Under the pieces are notes generated by a model, which saw only the letters and a list, made by a program, of their open reading frames with translations, ran no database searches and had not been told where the DNA came from. Both the position numbers and the translations under genes were made by a program. Positions 62,455 through 64,000 of a stretch of DNA of 64,000 nucleotides are shown piece by piece. Position 1 is the first letter of the stretch, and each line of letters opens with the position of its first letter. The stretch comes from Squalus acanthias (Eukaryota), in NCBI GenBank assembly GCA_030390025.1, contig CM059436.1, forward strand, positions 55,614,001 to 55,678,000. Direction: 5' to 3'.

Positions 62455-63346
62455 GCTTTGTATAGCCTGGACGACCACATGTGCAGGAAGTGTCACCAGC
62501 TACAGCAACTTGAGCTCCACGTTTTGGAGCTTGAGTGGCGGCTGGAGTCACTGCGGTGCATCCGCGAGGCTGAGAGTTACGTGGATAGCAGTTTTCTAGA
62601 GATGGTTACTCCGCTGCTTAAGAGTATGCAGGCAGAGAGGGAATGGGTGACCGCCAGACAGAAGAGGACGACCAGGCAGGTAGTGCAGGAATCCCCGGAG
62701 TGCATCGCACTCTCCAACCAGTATTCTGTTCTGAGTACTGGTGAGGGCGATTGTTCCTCTGGGGAGTACAGCCAGAGTCAAGTCCATGGCACCACGGATG
62801 GCTCAGCTGCACAGGGGGGGAGGAAAAAGAGTGAAAGAGCAATAGTGGTCGGGGATTCGATAGTTAGGGGAGCAGACAGGCGTTTCTGCGGCCTTAGACA
62901 TGACTCCAGGATGGTATGTTGCCTCCCTGGTGCTAGGGTCAAGGATGTCACTGAGCGGCTGCAGGATACTCTGAGGGGGCAGGGTGAACAGCCAGAGGTC
63001 ATTATCCATATCGGTACCAACGGCATAGGCAGAAAGAGGGAGGAGGTCCTGCAGGCAGAGTTTATGGAGCTAGGATAGAGATTAAAAAGCAGGACCTCAA
63101 AGGTAGTAATCTCCGGATTACTCCCGGTCCCACATGCTAGTGAGTACAGGAATAGGAGGATAGAACAGATGAATGCGTGGCTGGAGAGATGGTGCAGGAG
63201 GGAGGGCTTTAGATTCCTGAGGCATTGGGACCGTTTCTGGGTAAGGTGGGACATGTACAAGCCGGACGGCTTACACCTTAACAGAGCCAGGACCAATATT
63301 CTCACGGGGAGGTTTGTTAGTGCTGTTGGGAAAGGTTTAAACTAGC
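62455..63346 (+). pseudogene. Second CR1: ORF1 (CxxC, coiled coil, SGNH esterase) with one in-frame stop at 63076
   Basis: CRKCHQLQQLELHVLELE, VVGDSIVRG, CLPGA, HIGTNGIG, DGLHLN. Confidence 0.9.
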
Positions 63347-63487
63347 TTGGCAGGGGGATGGGCATATATAGGAGTAGAAAAGAGGAATAAGGTGCATAAA
63401 AGAGTGAGTGTGTTGGATAGTAGTAGAGAAAATAGTACTAGAGGCGGAAGTAGTACCATATTGGATAGGAGCAGACTAAGAAAGACT

Positions 63488-64000
63488 ATGAAAAATTCAA
63501 AAATGGGTTTGGAATGCATGTACATAAATGCACAAAGTGTGGTGAATAAAGTTGGTGAGCTACAAGCACAATTAGCCGTGTGGCAATATGATGTTGTGGC
63601 AATAACGGAAACGTGGCTTAAAAATGGTGAAGACTGGGCACTTAATATTCAAGGGTATAAGGTGTTCAGAAAAGATAGGGAAGGAAAAAAGGGAGGTGGG
63701 GTGGCAGTGTTGATTAAGGAAGACATTGTAGTGTTGGAAAGGGAGGATGTTCTTGAGGGGACAAGGACAGAATCCATTTGGTTAGAATTGAGGAGCAAAA
63801 AGGGTATGATCATGCTATTGGGGGTATTCTATAGGCCTCCAAATAGTGAGAGGGAGGTAGAGGAGCAAATCTGCAGGGAAATCGCAGAGATATGCAAGAT
63901 CTATAGAGTGGTGATATTGGGGGACTTTAATTACCCAGATATCGATTGGGATAATGCTAGGGTAAAGGGAAAGGAGGGGGAGGAATTTCTGAAATGTGTT
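63488..64000 (+). CDS. Second CR1: ORF2 apurinic endonuclease N-terminus, running off the window
   Basis: YINAQSVVNKVGEL, VAITETWL, FRKDREGKKGGGVAV, FYRPP, ILGDFNYPDIDW, with no stop seen to the window end. Confidence 0.85.
   Translation, partial: MKNSKMGLECMYINAQSVVNKVGELQAQLAVWQYDVVAITETWLKNGEDWALNIQGYKVFRKDREGKKGGGVAVLIKEDIVVLEREDVLEGTRTESIWLELRSKKGMIMLLGVFYRPPNSEREVEEQICREIAEICKIYRVVILGDFNYPDIDWDNARVKGKEGEEFLKCV

Overview
Eukaryotic, repeat-dense vertebrate DNA. The repeat families (HER1-type CR1 3' ends, a Deu-domain SINE, an LF-SINE-like element, Penelope termini) suggest a cartilaginous fish, which is an inference. I found no intact host gene. The window is a layered set of decayed CR1 and L2 LINEs, Penelope-like fragments, and many PIF/Harbinger elements (HARBI1-type DDE transposase plus Myb/SANT gene, and deletion derivatives with 3-bp TSDs). 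Four things stand out. (1) A 5'-truncated minus-strand provirus at 24916-29700 has a retroviral-type RNase H end, an integrase with a GPY/F tail, a spliced env whose architecture resembles a Mononegavirales F protein (lokiretrovirus-like), and a 3' LTR. (2) A 947-bp non-autonomous hAT element at 40796-41742 with a perfect 8-bp TSD has captured a piece of the host TPP2 first coding exon, including the catalytic-Asp motif. (3) A 1.65-kb solo LTR with a 4-bp TSD splits a SINE. (4) Degenerate minimal hammerhead ribozyme motifs lie in Penelope-type terminal repeats. All assignments come from reading the sequence and recalling family motifs. No searches were run.
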